From assembly GCA_964016885.1 (NCBI GenBank), contig OZ024742.1:285944001-286008000 (forward strand): a DNA stretch of 64,000 nucleotides, given 5' to 3'. Both the position numbers and the translations under genes were made by a program. Under the pieces are notes generated by a model. That model worked only from the letters and a program-made list of their open reading frames with translations, was not told the origin of the DNA and did not search any database. Source of the stretch: Eledone cirrhosa (lineage: Eukaryota). Below are positions 51,834 through 64,000 of this stretch, piece by piece (the stretch's first letter is position 1; every line of letters starts with the position of its first letter).

Positions 51834-52483
51834 ACGAAGGGGTTGTGGTAAGGAACCAGATGGACCATAACGCACCAGAGTACTCAATACTTAGGATAGT
51901 AGAGTGGGAAATAGGAAAAAGTATGACCCGGCAGAGCTCAAGCCGTTTCGACGGCTATTTCAATCCAGAAATAGCCGTCGAAACGGCTTGAGCTCTGCCG
52001 TCGGGGTCATACTTTTTCCTATATATATATATATATATATATAGTTTTAATATAGATGAGATTCTACAGGACTAGAACTGTTTCATTCTTTAGAAATCAT
52101 CAGGTGGTTACCTCTGATTCAACCCGGAATAACGTATATATATATATATATATATATAAAGAGGCAGGTGGTGTTGTAAAGTTCAAATCGTCAGGCAAGA
52201 TGACAATAGTTCCATATGACTGATTTTCACAAAAAGCATTCCTGGTCAAATATATATTCAATTGAGGTTTATAGTATGAAATTCAATATATATATATATA
52301 TAACCACTCGTCCTTGTTTCATTTTATATATATATATTCTGAGTCACACTCTCTGGATATATATATATATATATTAATAAAAGGAATTTGTCTGATTTAC
52401 TCGTTTTATTTACAATCCTTTAAAATTTATAATGGTATTAGAATGAAATAGTATGGTAGAATATTAAATGTTAAGTGTTAATT

Positions 52484-52520
52484 GAACAAGTACTTTCATG
52501 CTTTCGCAATCTTCAGGTTC
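52484..52520 (-). ncRNA. Minimal hammerhead ribozyme motif
   Basis: GAAC-CTGAAGA-T-TGC-GAAA-GCA-T-GAAA-GTAC-TT-GTTC, then ATTAAA. Confidence 0.78.
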
Positions 52521-52606
52521 ATATTCTGTGGTGACAGTCAAGTTTGCAATTTTCATGAATTAAAAGTGACAAAGGTACTGTGTGGTTACTAATAAAAATT
52601 GTTTAG

Positions 52607-52819
52607 AAAATGTAAGAGAAACACAAACGTAAGGACAATTCCCACTCTTCGGCTGTCTGCTGTGGATCGCTGATGTTTCCTTCCCTAATAACTATACCTC
52701 GTAGTTATTAACGTACCATGGTGAGATGTACTGTCTTTAATGCATCGAAACATCACCGACCCACAGCAAACAGCCGAAGAGCGGGAATTGTCCTTAGTTT
52801 TGTGTTCCTCTTACATTTT
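52607..52819. repeat. Inverted repeat (~72-bp arms)
   Basis: AAAATGTAAGAG..GGACAATTCCCACTCTTCGGCTG / CAGCCGAAGAGCGGGAATTGTCC..CTCTTACATTTT. Confidence 0.85.
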
Positions 52820-53216
52820 GTAAACAATATATATATATATATATATACAGATATTTATACATATAACCAAAATTGTAATAAGATAAATACTTACAAGCAT
52901 AATTCTCCATATAAGTATATACATAATATAGATAAATATTCAATTTTTTTCCCCAAATTAACGTAAATATAAGGTCTTCTTTTCTTTTTCTTCCTTTTCT
53001 TTCCTTCCTACTAATACAAACACATATCTAAATTCTCCATAGCGTCTAAAATAACGTTTTTTTAAACATATACTTCAACCTCATTTACATATTCATTTGC
53101 ATACTCATCTTAACAATTTTGAAAAATTTGTCTCTAAGTTCATTATCCAAGGAAAACTTCAACCGTTAAGGTATGTTCCTTGGCTATGTCAAAATTTATA
53201 AAACACACTTTGTATT

Positions 53217-53270
53217 TTATCTGATGAAAGCGTACCAAAGTATTTGGTACCCTTGAAATATATATAATAG
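53217..53270 (+). ncRNA. Type I hammerhead ribozyme motif
   Basis: TTAT-CTGATGA-AAG-C-GTACCAAA-GTA-TTTGGTAC-C-CTT-GAAA-TATATA-TA-ATAG, then AATAAA. Confidence 0.85.
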
Positions 53271-53492
53271 AATAAATATGGTTTTATAAATATAGTTTCC
53301 ATTTATTTAATATCATTGAATATTATATTCCAGAAATCTGCCGAGTGCTCTGAATCAGTTATAAACATTTATATTTGTTGAATTACCAACAAATTGAATA
53401 TCCCTTCTGCTTATATATATATGTATGTATATGTATGTATTTAAACTCTACTTCTGTATTGAGTACTCTTTTCTCTCAGCCGCCAAGACATA

Positions 53493-53708
<216 letters not shown>

Positions 53709-53944
53709 GTGTGTGTGAATACATTTTCAAATTCATACCACCACTCGATGCTTTGCGGTAACTAGCGGTATTTTTTCTGGCTCTTTACGTTCTGAGTTCA
53801 ATTCTTGTTTTGGCTTACTTGTTTGATTTAACACCGTAACGGCACATGGGTGCCATTACTGGAACCCTCCCTCTTGGAAGTATTTGTCTCAAGTTTCCAC
53901 TTTGAAGATACATTTTTTCCTCCTTTCTTTCCTCCCATCCATCA

Positions 53945-53999
<55 letters not shown>

Positions 54000-54050
54000 A
54001 TTGTCTTTCAGTCTGTCTCTCTCCCCTCTTTCTCTCGCTCTTTCGGTCTG

Positions 54051-54103
<53 letters not shown>

Positions 54104-54148
54104 CTCTCTCATTGTCTTTCACTCTGCTACTCTTTCTCTCTCTCTCCA

Positions 54149-54198
<50 letters not shown>

Positions 54199-54835
54199 GT
54201 CTTTCAGTCTGCTTCTCTTTCTCATTCTTTCTCTCAAATTGTCTTTCAGTCTGCCTCTCTCTCTCTCTCTATCTTTCTCTCTCATCGTCTTTCAGTTTGC
54301 CTCTCTCTCTATCTCTCTCATTTTCATTGTCTTTCTCTCTCTCCCTCTCTCTCTCACCCTTCTATCTCTTTCTCCATCTCTATACCAACGTTCCCCATCA
54401 TTCAATCAGGTCATTTGTAAAATAAAAAACAAACAGTTTTCCATGTGCTGACACACACTAAACACTAATGACAGCTATCTAAGCATCTGGTCGACATTTG
54501 GTTGTTTCTTTTTCTTTGTTTGTTTTTACATGAAATATTTCCGGAAAGAATTATTTTAAAAAATATTTCTTTCAAAAAAAAATTCCTTTAACTCCACTAA
54601 ACATCAGTTTGATTGTTCCTGATAATAGCTTTCTGGTTTTTTAAATGTTTTATCTTCCTTTATTTAAATTTTTTTATACCCTTGCCAGATGTCAGCATGG
54701 ACATGTTGTAGATAATGTTGCTTCACAACAGCAGGGCCAGATTTGATTTGGCAAACGGGGAAATTGCCACGGGCCCCTGCAGTGGGTAGCCTCACCAGCA
54801 ACGGCCGTAGCATTTTACACCGAACATTTTACAGA

Positions 54836-54874
54836 CGAGCTGAAGAACCGCATAAGGTGAAACATTTGTTCTCG
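54836..54874 (+). ncRNA. Type I hammerhead ribozyme motif (same family as 3691)
   Basis: CGAG-CTGAAGA-ACC-GCATAA-GGT-GAAA-CATTTG-TT-CTCG. Confidence 0.82.
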
Positions 54875-55134
54875 GTATGGTGAACTAACTACTGTGGAGC
54901 TACTTCTACCAAACTCGGCCCATGGACTGAGTGCTCTACTACTACAGATATATCCCTCCAGTGTTCTACTATTATATATATATTGCGGGAGAGCAATGTG
55001 GCAGCATGCTACTACGTCCGTCTCTGGGTCAAATATAGCACACTTTTTCCTCTCTGTTTTTTTCTTGTTTTTTTTTTTGCTTGTTCCCTTAAAGTTTACC
55101 ATCATTCTGTTGGTATACATCTTTTACGTAATTT

Positions 55135-55198
55135 ACACCTGATGAGGTCACTGGTTCTTACGGAATCTGGTCAGTGACCACTGAAATGTCCATAGTGT
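55135..55198 (+). ncRNA. Type I hammerhead ribozyme motif
   Basis: ACAC-CTGATGA-GGT-C...C-ACT-GAAA-TGTCCA-TA-GTGT; AATAAA 8 nt downstream. Confidence 0.72.
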
Positions 55199-55444
55199 TT
55201 TGCAGAAATAAAACATTAAGGAAATTCAACATATTCGGCCTCCTGTCATTTCACTTTATAATACATTTACTCCGTTCCTGCACCACCAACATGATTCAAC
55301 ATTGAAGATGGATGAGTTGCATAACGTCGAGGGCTTTTCTGATATTACGTTATGATTAACATTGCAGAATGACCAATTCTACCCAGTGGTAAACCACCAA
55401 ACTTAAACGAGTATATAATACACACACGCGCACGCACGCACAGG

Positions 55445-55507
<63 letters not shown>

Positions 55508-55516
<9 letters not shown>

Positions 55517-55685
55517 TGCTGAAAGGTTCCGGGCTTTGTGTAAAAGAAAATACAACAGGATCAGTTAATTATGATTTATTTTAGATATTCTCCTCTCAGA
55601 TTCACACACTTATTGCAGCGGTCCTTCAGTTTTTCTAAACCCTTAAAAGAAAACTCGGAAGATTGGGCCTCTAACCAGACCTTTG
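55508..55685 (-). mobile_element. Mariner 3' end
   Basis: TIR CGAGGGGGTGCTGAAAGGTTCC; KLKDRCNKCVNLRGEYLK*. Confidence 0.7.
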
Positions 55686-55783
55686 TAGCAGCTAAAATAA
55701 CAAATTAAGGGTGAAAGAAGCGATTCTTTGCTTAAACTTTAATCTGTTATTTTAATAAATATTTGCTCTACAATTAATATTAT

Positions 55784-55841
<58 letters not shown>

Positions 55842-56106
55842 ATACTTTGGGAGGGTCATGTTGTCAATAAGAAACACACGCACCAGTTGCTTTCACTCCA
55901 ATTTATTATAAATTAAATTATAAATTTAAAAAAATTTTTTTTTTAATTTATAATTTAATTTATAATAAATTGGAGTGAAAGCAACTGGTGCGTGTGTTTC
56001 TTATTGGCAACATGACCCTCCCAAAGTATAACAATATCGGTTTGAACACACGTTTTCAGATAAAGAATCTTGCTAAACAAATTCAGAAACGAAATATATA
56101 TATATG

Positions 56107-56218
<112 letters not shown>

Positions 56219-57055
56219 GATTACCCAGCAGTTCAAATATATTAATATAATCGTATGTATATGCGTGTGTGTAATTTTACGATTGAAGGTCCAAAGTGAT
56301 TGGTAACCCGTTGACCTACATTAGTTCCACAGCTGGAATAGATTTATTTTTTCTTTATCATGGATAATACATTTAAGAAAATAATAAATACCACAATTGT
56401 AATGTCACGTTTTCCCTCTATTCTTTAATCACACCGAAACCTAATGTCAATGGGAAATATATACATTTTCTTTACCAATAGCCAGAGCAGGACATTCACC
56501 TGCTGAGACCCTAAACTATATGAAAGTTAAGGTCTTTTTTAAAATGACTTCGGGTAAAAAATATGTTAAATAATTATACATGATTATTATTTTTATATTA
56601 ATGTTAATGATAAAGAATAAAGACCCCTTCCGTCAGGAACGACCATGGGAGTTAATCCTGCGATAGACCGTGTCCTATCCAGGGTGAGTTTTGTAATCTC
56701 ATTCGCTTAACGCCAAGGAAACTGGACATAAGCACCTAATGAGGCTCCGGCTTAGAACAGACTTTAATTAAGTCCAGCACTGCCAACAGCCGTATTTATG
56801 GAAAAGGAATAAATTATATTTAGTTTGTCCAACCAATGAGTGAGACATTGGCGTGGTCAATCACCTCGCCAAAAAAATAGCAGACAAATCTCCCTCAACA
56901 CTCCTACTGTAGTCTTAAGAAGGAAAAGGATATATCATAATGTTGTTCAGGATACACTATGAAATAACGACTAAAATTTCTTCTCTGTGTGTGTATATAT
57001 ATATATTATTCAAAATGTTAACAAATGAAAAATATTCTCATAATCAAAATATATA

Positions 57056-57117
57056 CTTTATTATATATATTTCAAAAGTACTGTGTTGTTTTTTCAGTAC
57101 GTCCTCATCAGACAAAA
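57056..57117 (-). ncRNA. Type I hammerhead ribozyme motif
   Basis: Reverse-complement copy of 58826-58887 (C.U instead of C.C in helix II). Confidence 0.75.
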
Positions 57118-57298
57118 TATATGATTTGATATATGACATACCGCTACGGTCTTGATTATTCAATTCCAGTATTGGCAGTGATTTATTTCATCAAATCTCA
57201 ATGTTTTTATACCACAAATAATATGATAAACTTAAAGAAGAAAAGGACTTAGAGCAAATTAGAGATATAAGAGGGGGTGTAAAGAAGAGGAAAGGCAA

Positions 57299-57333
<35 letters not shown>

Positions 57334-58825
57334 ATACATACATAAATTGATAAAAAAAAAAATGGATGAATGAATAAAAGAAATAAATAAAAAAGAAAAA
57401 AGAAATAACGACAAAAGAGAGGGAAGGTGTAGGGAAAGTAAAAGGGAACAGAAAAATAAGGGAACATCGAATAGATAAAAAAAACCTGTTGTTTTCAAAT
57501 GTTAGATCAAATAAGACATCAAATCTATTCACATAAACAATAGAATATTTCTTGTATTTGATTATGCTTTAGCTAGTTATACTTATATATTTTATCAAAA
57601 TTAATCAGTATAGATTACTTTCTATAGCAATCACATATTTAGTTTAATTATAAATTTATATAATTTAATTTAACTTATAGATTATTATAATTTTTAATTT
57701 TAAGGTAAGATATTCTATAAATATTTTGTTACAACTTTAAAAGAATTCATCTTTAAAGCGTATTTAAATAATTATTAAATATGTATTAAAATATAATACC
57801 ATGCGTATATCACCATCAATACATATAATATATTTAGATTATTTATTACCCAAATTATTTAATTTAATTAGGATATTCTCTTTATAAAATCTTTACTATT
57901 CTTTAATTTTCATTTAATTCCTGTAGTTATATTTACGCTCAAAAATGTTATTTCATTAATTTAATGAAAGGTTATATTTACTTCTGTATTTACTTATTTT
58001 GATATATAGTTTCCTTTTAATGATAGTCTATATATTATTAATCTACATATTTCATATTTAATATATTTTAGCAAGCTAGTCAAAAAGGAAAGAAATGTTT
58101 ACGAACAATGTAAACAAAAGGAAGATAATTCATTCACCATATACAAACATTTATAACTTATCTCTACTCTCACGTCCAGCGATATTTCGAAAGCCATAAA
58201 TCATATATTGTATATATCATAATTGATGTCTAATTAAATATTGAACTGTCCTAATCAAAGCATAAGATAACGAGTCTCTTAATGAAATTATTCTAATACA
58301 TATAAATATCAATAAATTATTACCACAATAAGGCAAAATTTATATATATATTTAAATTATTAATTGTCAATATTTTTTCGAAACTTATACATTGCCTGGA
58401 AAGTTTTATCAATTTTATGGTGACAACTACTAAATAATTTTTTTTTTTTTGTTGATTAAATTAATAATTCATTTTTTTTTAAATTAAATTAATAATTATT
58501 TAAATACGCTTTAAAGATGAATTCTTTTAAAGTTGTAACAAAATATTTATAGAATATCTTACCTTAAAATTAAAAATTATAATAATCTATAATAAGTTAA
58601 ATTAAATTATATAAATTTATAATTAAACTAAATATGTGATTGCTATAAAAAGTAATTTATACTGATTAATTTTGATATAATATATAAGTATAATTAGTTA
58701 AAGCATAATCAAATACAAGAGATATTCTATTGTTTATGTGAATAGATTTGATGTCTTATTTGATCTAACATTTGAAAACGACAGTTTTTTTTAATCTTTC
58801 GATGTTCCCTTATTTTTCTTTATTT

Positions 58826-58887
58826 TTTTGTCTGATGAGGACGTACTGAAAAAACAACACAGTACCTTTGAAATATATATAATAAAG
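58826..58887 (+). ncRNA. Type I hammerhead ribozyme motif
   Basis: TTTTGT-CTGATGA-GGA-C-GTACTG-loop-CAGTAC-C-TTT-GAAA-TATATA-TA-ATAAAG. Confidence 0.8.
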
Positions 58888-59040
58888 TATATATTTTGAT
58901 TATGAGAGTATTTTTCATTTGTTAACATTTTGAATAATATTAAAAACTCCATGAAAATTTGATTGTTGAGTGCTTCTAATCTATGGTAAAATTGTATTCG
59001 TTGAGTAATCAACGAACCATACTAATCTTTGATTATGAGA

Positions 59041-59089
<49 letters not shown>

Positions 59090-59177
59090 TTGATTTACGG
59101 AGCTAGCCGAAGAGAATCCGTGCAACGCCGACCGTTACTCAATGATATGAGATTTGTACGGCAGAGCGTGGGTATAT

Positions 59178-59244
<67 letters not shown>

Positions 59245-59251
59245 GTATATA

Positions 59252-59332
<81 letters not shown>

Positions 59333-60079
59333 ATATTTATTAAAATAACAGATTAAAGTTTAAGCAAAGAATCGCTGCTTTCACCCTTAAAGCGATTCTT
59401 TGCTTAAACTTTAATGTTATTTTAATAAATATTTGCTCTACGGATCTTATATATTTGATATATATTTATCCTTATCGAGCCCTCTTTGGATTTTAGTCTT
59501 CAAATTTATTATTATTACTATATATAGTAATATATATGTATAAATATACACAGTAAATTTCGTGTATAAAATTACGAGGGTATAAGATATCACTAATATT
59601 TTAAAAATTTAATCTTAACCATACAGTATGATATATTAATTTTATACTGACCGTATCAAAAACATTTCATCTCTATATTTTATTTGTATATACATATATA
59701 TATATAAATGAACAAACAAAACACAGGAGGCAATTTTACACGGGAAAGTTCGGATAGGGGAAGAACAAAAACCCCGAGTAGTACGGGAAGGTTAATGAAG
59801 GAAATTAAAAAGTAAAAAATAAAAAAAAGCAAAAATAAAACTAAAAGGGATAAGGTGTAGGTCCAGGCTGGGGGCCAGAGTGGATGGTAGGGGGTGGCAT
59901 TGATGTGGTAGTATGTGTCAAAGAGGAGAATGGGTAGAAAGCGGGGCTTCAAATAGTTCTCAGAGAGTATGAATATATATATATAATTATAAGTTTGAAG
60001 TCAGACAAAATTTATGCAATTTTTTTCTTCTTAGTCCGTAGAAATCAGCTAGATAAATAATCATTTAAACGGAGCTAAC

Positions 60080-60550
60080 ACACAGGGTCATTACGTCCAG
60101 GGGTAGAGACATACATGGTCATTACGTCCTGGGGCAGAGACACACAGGGCTATTACGTCCAGGGACAGAGACACACAGGGTCATTACGTCCTGGGGCAGA
60201 GGCTCTGTGAACCGTTACGTTCTGGAGCAGAGAGAGTGGGTCATTACGTCCTGGAGAAGAGACACAACGGGCTATTATGGCCTGGGACAGAAACACAGTG
60301 GGTAATTACGTCCTGCAGCAGGGACACAGCGAGCTATTACGTCTTGGGACAGAGACATAGTGGGTCATTACGTTCTGGGGCAGAGACAGTGGGTCATTAC
60401 GTCCTGCGTCAGGGGCATAGCGGGCTATTACGTCCTGGAGCAGAGACAGTGGGTCATTACGTCCTGCGTCAGGGGCATAGCAGACTATTACGTCCTGGAG
60501 CAGAGACAGTGGGTCATTACGTCCGGGGACAGAAACATAACGGACCAAAA
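60080..60550 (+). repeat. ~30-bp minisatellite (~15 units)
   Basis: GGG(TC/CT)ATTACGTCCTGGGGCAGAGACACA. Confidence 0.93.
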
Positions 60551-61347
60551 ATGTGTTATCGATATTCCTCTATGAGGAACAGTCAGACAAAATTTACCTT
60601 GTGTCTTTCCTCTTAGAAATTAACTAGACAAATAATCAATTAAACGGAGCTAAGTCTAACATGTAAGTTTGAAGAAAAAAAAATTATATATATATAGTAA
60701 TTGTTTCTACGTTAGGCACAAGGCCAGCAATTACCCAGTGCATTACTGGTACTTTATTTTATCGACCCCGTAAGGATGAAAGGCAAAGTCAACCTCGGCG
60801 GGATATATAGTAATAATAATAAATTTGAAGACTAAAATCCAAAGAAGGCTCGATAAGGATAAATATGTATCAAATATATAAGAACCGCCGAGCAAATATA
60901 TATATATATATATAAAACATGAGAAGAATGAATACTGCGTGGTTGCACATGGGTTACATAGGATAAAAATAGTCCTTCATCAGTGATTTTCCAACCTTTA
61001 TTGGCATTTCATCCCTTTAAAAATCATATACCTCCGGTTGGTGCGAGCAATAGCTAAATAAAGTTATTGGGACAAGTAAATCGCGTAAAGCGGGCGAGAC
61101 AAGTAAACAAACATAGAAGGATAGCAACGCAAAGATAGGAAAAAACAAGCAACATGGTTATCCGGTCAGCTTAAGCTGGGTGGATTTCATGAGCGAGCGT
61201 AATACAGACCATCCGACGTGAGTGAGATGTGAGCAAGAAGAGAACCCACACAGGCCAAACGGGAGGAAGTGAGAAGGGGAGAAACAGAGAGTGAGTGAGT
61301 AGAAGTGGCCAGTCGAGAGAAAGTGTAACTGACAGAGGGGGTGAAAG

Positions 61348-61382
<35 letters not shown>

Positions 61383-61836
61383 ACGAGAATTTTAATCGTA
61401 ATTCTACTACTGACATTATAGAAAAGTAACTCGGACAACAGAACATGCGTAAATATGCTTGTTTCAACGTGAGAAGGGGTAGATTTGACATTTTTCTCGC
61501 TTTCCCTGTTTAAATTATATTTATAATACAGTTATTCTAATTTACACATTGAAATACTATAACACGGAAAAACCAGAATTTATGAAAAGAAATGAAAACC
61601 AGAATTTATGAAAAAGTGAAAACGAAAAAAAATGGGTATTTACCAAATGTAAAAACGGGATTAAGAAATATTTGAAACAGAAAATTTGTCCACCAACATT
61701 TTGATCTAATCCACATAACTCACTATCATATATATATTTAATTTGGTGCGCGGGAAAAATAAATAAATAGAAGCTTATCAGATATATTGCAGATTAGCAT
61801 AACTGGGGGGAAATCCCACGACTCTCTCATCTCACT

Positions 61837-62305
61837 TTTGGTCCGTTGTGTTTCTGTCCCCGGACGTAATGACCCACTGTCTCTGCTCCAGGATGTAATA
61901 GCCCGCTATGCCCCTGACGCAGGACGTAATGACCCACTGTCTCTGCCCCAGAACGTAATGACCCACTATGTCTCTGTCCCAAGACGTAATAGCTCGCTGT
62001 GTCCCTGCTGCAGGACGTAATTACCCACTGTGTTTCTGTCCCAGGCCATAATAGCCCGTTGTGTCTCTTCCCCAGGATGTAATGACCCACTCTCTCTGCT
62101 CCAGAACGTAACAGTTCACAGAGCCTCTGCCCTAGGACGTAATGACCCTGTGTGTCTCTGTCCCTGGACGTAATAGCCCTGTGTGTCTCTGCCGCAGGAC
62201 GTAATGACCTTGTATGTCTCTGCCCCTGGACGAAATAGCCCACTGTGTCTCTGCCCCATGACATAATGACCCGCTGTGCCTCGGCCCTATGATGTAATGA
62301 CCCCT
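61837..62305 (-). repeat. Inverted paralogue of the 30-bp minisatellite
   Basis: Same unit variants in the same order on the minus strand. Confidence 0.93.
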
Positions 62306-62611
62306 TTGAGTCATTGAGTTTGAAACCCTCGCAATCGTAGAAGACACTTGCCCAAGTTACCATACATTGAGACTGAACCAGAAACCACGTGGTTATAGAA
62401 TTCTGAACCACACAACTAGGTCTATACACATACACGTACACACTCACACACGTGGGAATGTGTGTGTGTGAGTGCCTATGTTGTGTACATGCAAAGACAC
62501 GTGACATACAAAAACTCGTCTCCATCGCCATCCTCCGAGGCAATGTCTTCTCCATTCTATCCAGGGCCGGGACCACGGGGCGAACTAACCCTAAACAGTG
62601 AATAGTAAATA

Positions 62612-62691
<80 letters not shown>

Positions 62692-62890
62692 TCCTCTCTG
62701 TGTCTCTCTTCCACTCCTCTTCATACACACATACAGTAAAAATGCAGAATGTAATAAATAAATAAAAGATATGTAGACGAGGCGGAGAACAACAAATAAA
62801 GGGGATGGTTGTGAAAAGGGGAGAGACTTCTGTCTTGAGGTGATGGGAAGTAAAGCAAGTACTTTAATTTAACCCATTGGGAAGTATAGC

Positions 62891-62934
<44 letters not shown>

Positions 62935-63394
62935 ATGTTGTTGTTGGTGGTGGTAATAGTAGTAGTAGTATGCGTTCAATGGGTGATGGTGTAGGAGACT
63001 ATACATAAAGATGGGGCTAGAGAGTGCCGTCTGGTTCACTCCATTCATCACAAGATTTCGACTATTCATGTTTTAATACTAGCATTAATCTTTTTCTTAT
63101 TTTTTAGTATATAACCCTGTTGACATCTCTGTCAGACAGATACTTCAAACAAAACAATAGACCGCCGCTAGAAAATAAAAGCTGTCCCCTTTTACCACAC
63201 TCCTTAAAGATATTATTAATTTTATGTTTATTTATTTATATTGTATTTATTTTGGGGGGGTTATTTTTTGTCTTAGTTATTTTGTTTCTTAAGGACCCTA
63301 GGTCAAACGTGAAAGAAAAAATAGATTTCCCGCCAAAACTCACTAGACAGACCACCTATAGTGTCGGGATGTTGTCTTATTAATGTTATTTATA

Positions 63395-64000
63395 GAGAGT
63401 CGGACACCATGCTTTGCAGCTTAGAGTTACGGTCCTTTACGGTCTGAGTTCAAATCCCACCGAGGTTGACTTTGCCTTTCATCCTTACGGGGTCGATAAA
63501 ATAAAGTACCAGTAACGCACTAGGTCGATTTAATCGACTTTCTCTCCCCTTCAAATTGCTGGCCTTGTGCCAATTATTAATGTTCGGCCAGGACCTACAC
63601 TAAAGCGGACTTACTAAATTTTTAGCAGGGCGGTGGATTGGCGCCGGATCAAATGCTTTGTGGCACAGATTTACGGCCCTTTACGTGCTGATTTCAAATT
63701 CCGGTGAGGTTAGCTTTGTCTTTCATCCTTACGGGGTCGATAAAATAAAGTACCAGTCACGCACTGGGGTCGATTTAATCGACTTTCCCCTCCCTCAAAA
63801 TTGCTGGCCTTGTGCCTATATAAGAAACCATTAAGGTTATTAATGTTAAGGACGGTGGATTGGCAGTATCGGTAGAGGATCGGACGCCATGCTTTGAAGC
63901 ATAGAGTTACGTCCCTTTACGATCTGAGTTCAAATCCCGCCGAGGTTAACTTTACCTTCCATCCTTACAGGGGTCGATAAAATAAAGCACCAGTAACGTA
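63395..64000 (+). mobile_element. Three tandem family-1 SINEs
   Basis: Repeated A/B box, central domain and tail. Confidence 0.88.

Larger units (their letters stand above)
57010..58940. repeat. Large AT-rich inverted duplication with hammerheads in both outer arms
   Basis: 57010-57117 mirrors 58825-58940; ~57465-57780 mirrors ~58490-58812. Confidence 0.85.

Noticed and set aside
57790-58480. Decayed RT/LINE coding sequence or organellar insert in a very AT-rich stretch
   Set aside because: Only vague peptide resemblance amid many stops; cannot be supported without a search
61827-62714. 295-aa ORF
   Set aside because: Made of (GA)n, a SINE fragment and the minisatellite

Overview
AT-rich, repeat-saturated eukaryotic DNA; the SINE/LINE repertoire and the (TA)n/(CA)n density suggest an octopus genome (inference, not database-confirmed). 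I recognise no intact host gene, and most listed ORFs are microsatellite artefacts. The window holds two fused L1/Tx1-type LINEs (10.2-18.5 kb), R4/Dong-like RLE LINE fragments, RTE fragments and bipartite non-autonomous RTEs with C2H2 fingers, at least six Penelope-like (GIY-YIG) relics with inverted pseudo-LTRs, several tRNA-derived SINE families, hAT and mariner MITEs/relics, a non-autonomous Helitron and several minisatellites. The main hidden signal is about 11 type I hammerhead ribozyme motifs (plus degenerate ones) from several unrelated sequence families. Most sit directly before a poly(A) signal, and four share an unusual helix II with a C.C mismatch after three base pairs. Other notable points: retroelements inserting into each other's microsatellite tails, a splice donor conserved 38-39 nt upstream of ORF2 in both Tx1 copies, a candidate HDV-like fold in RTE 5' ends, and a CRISPR-looking composite satellite.
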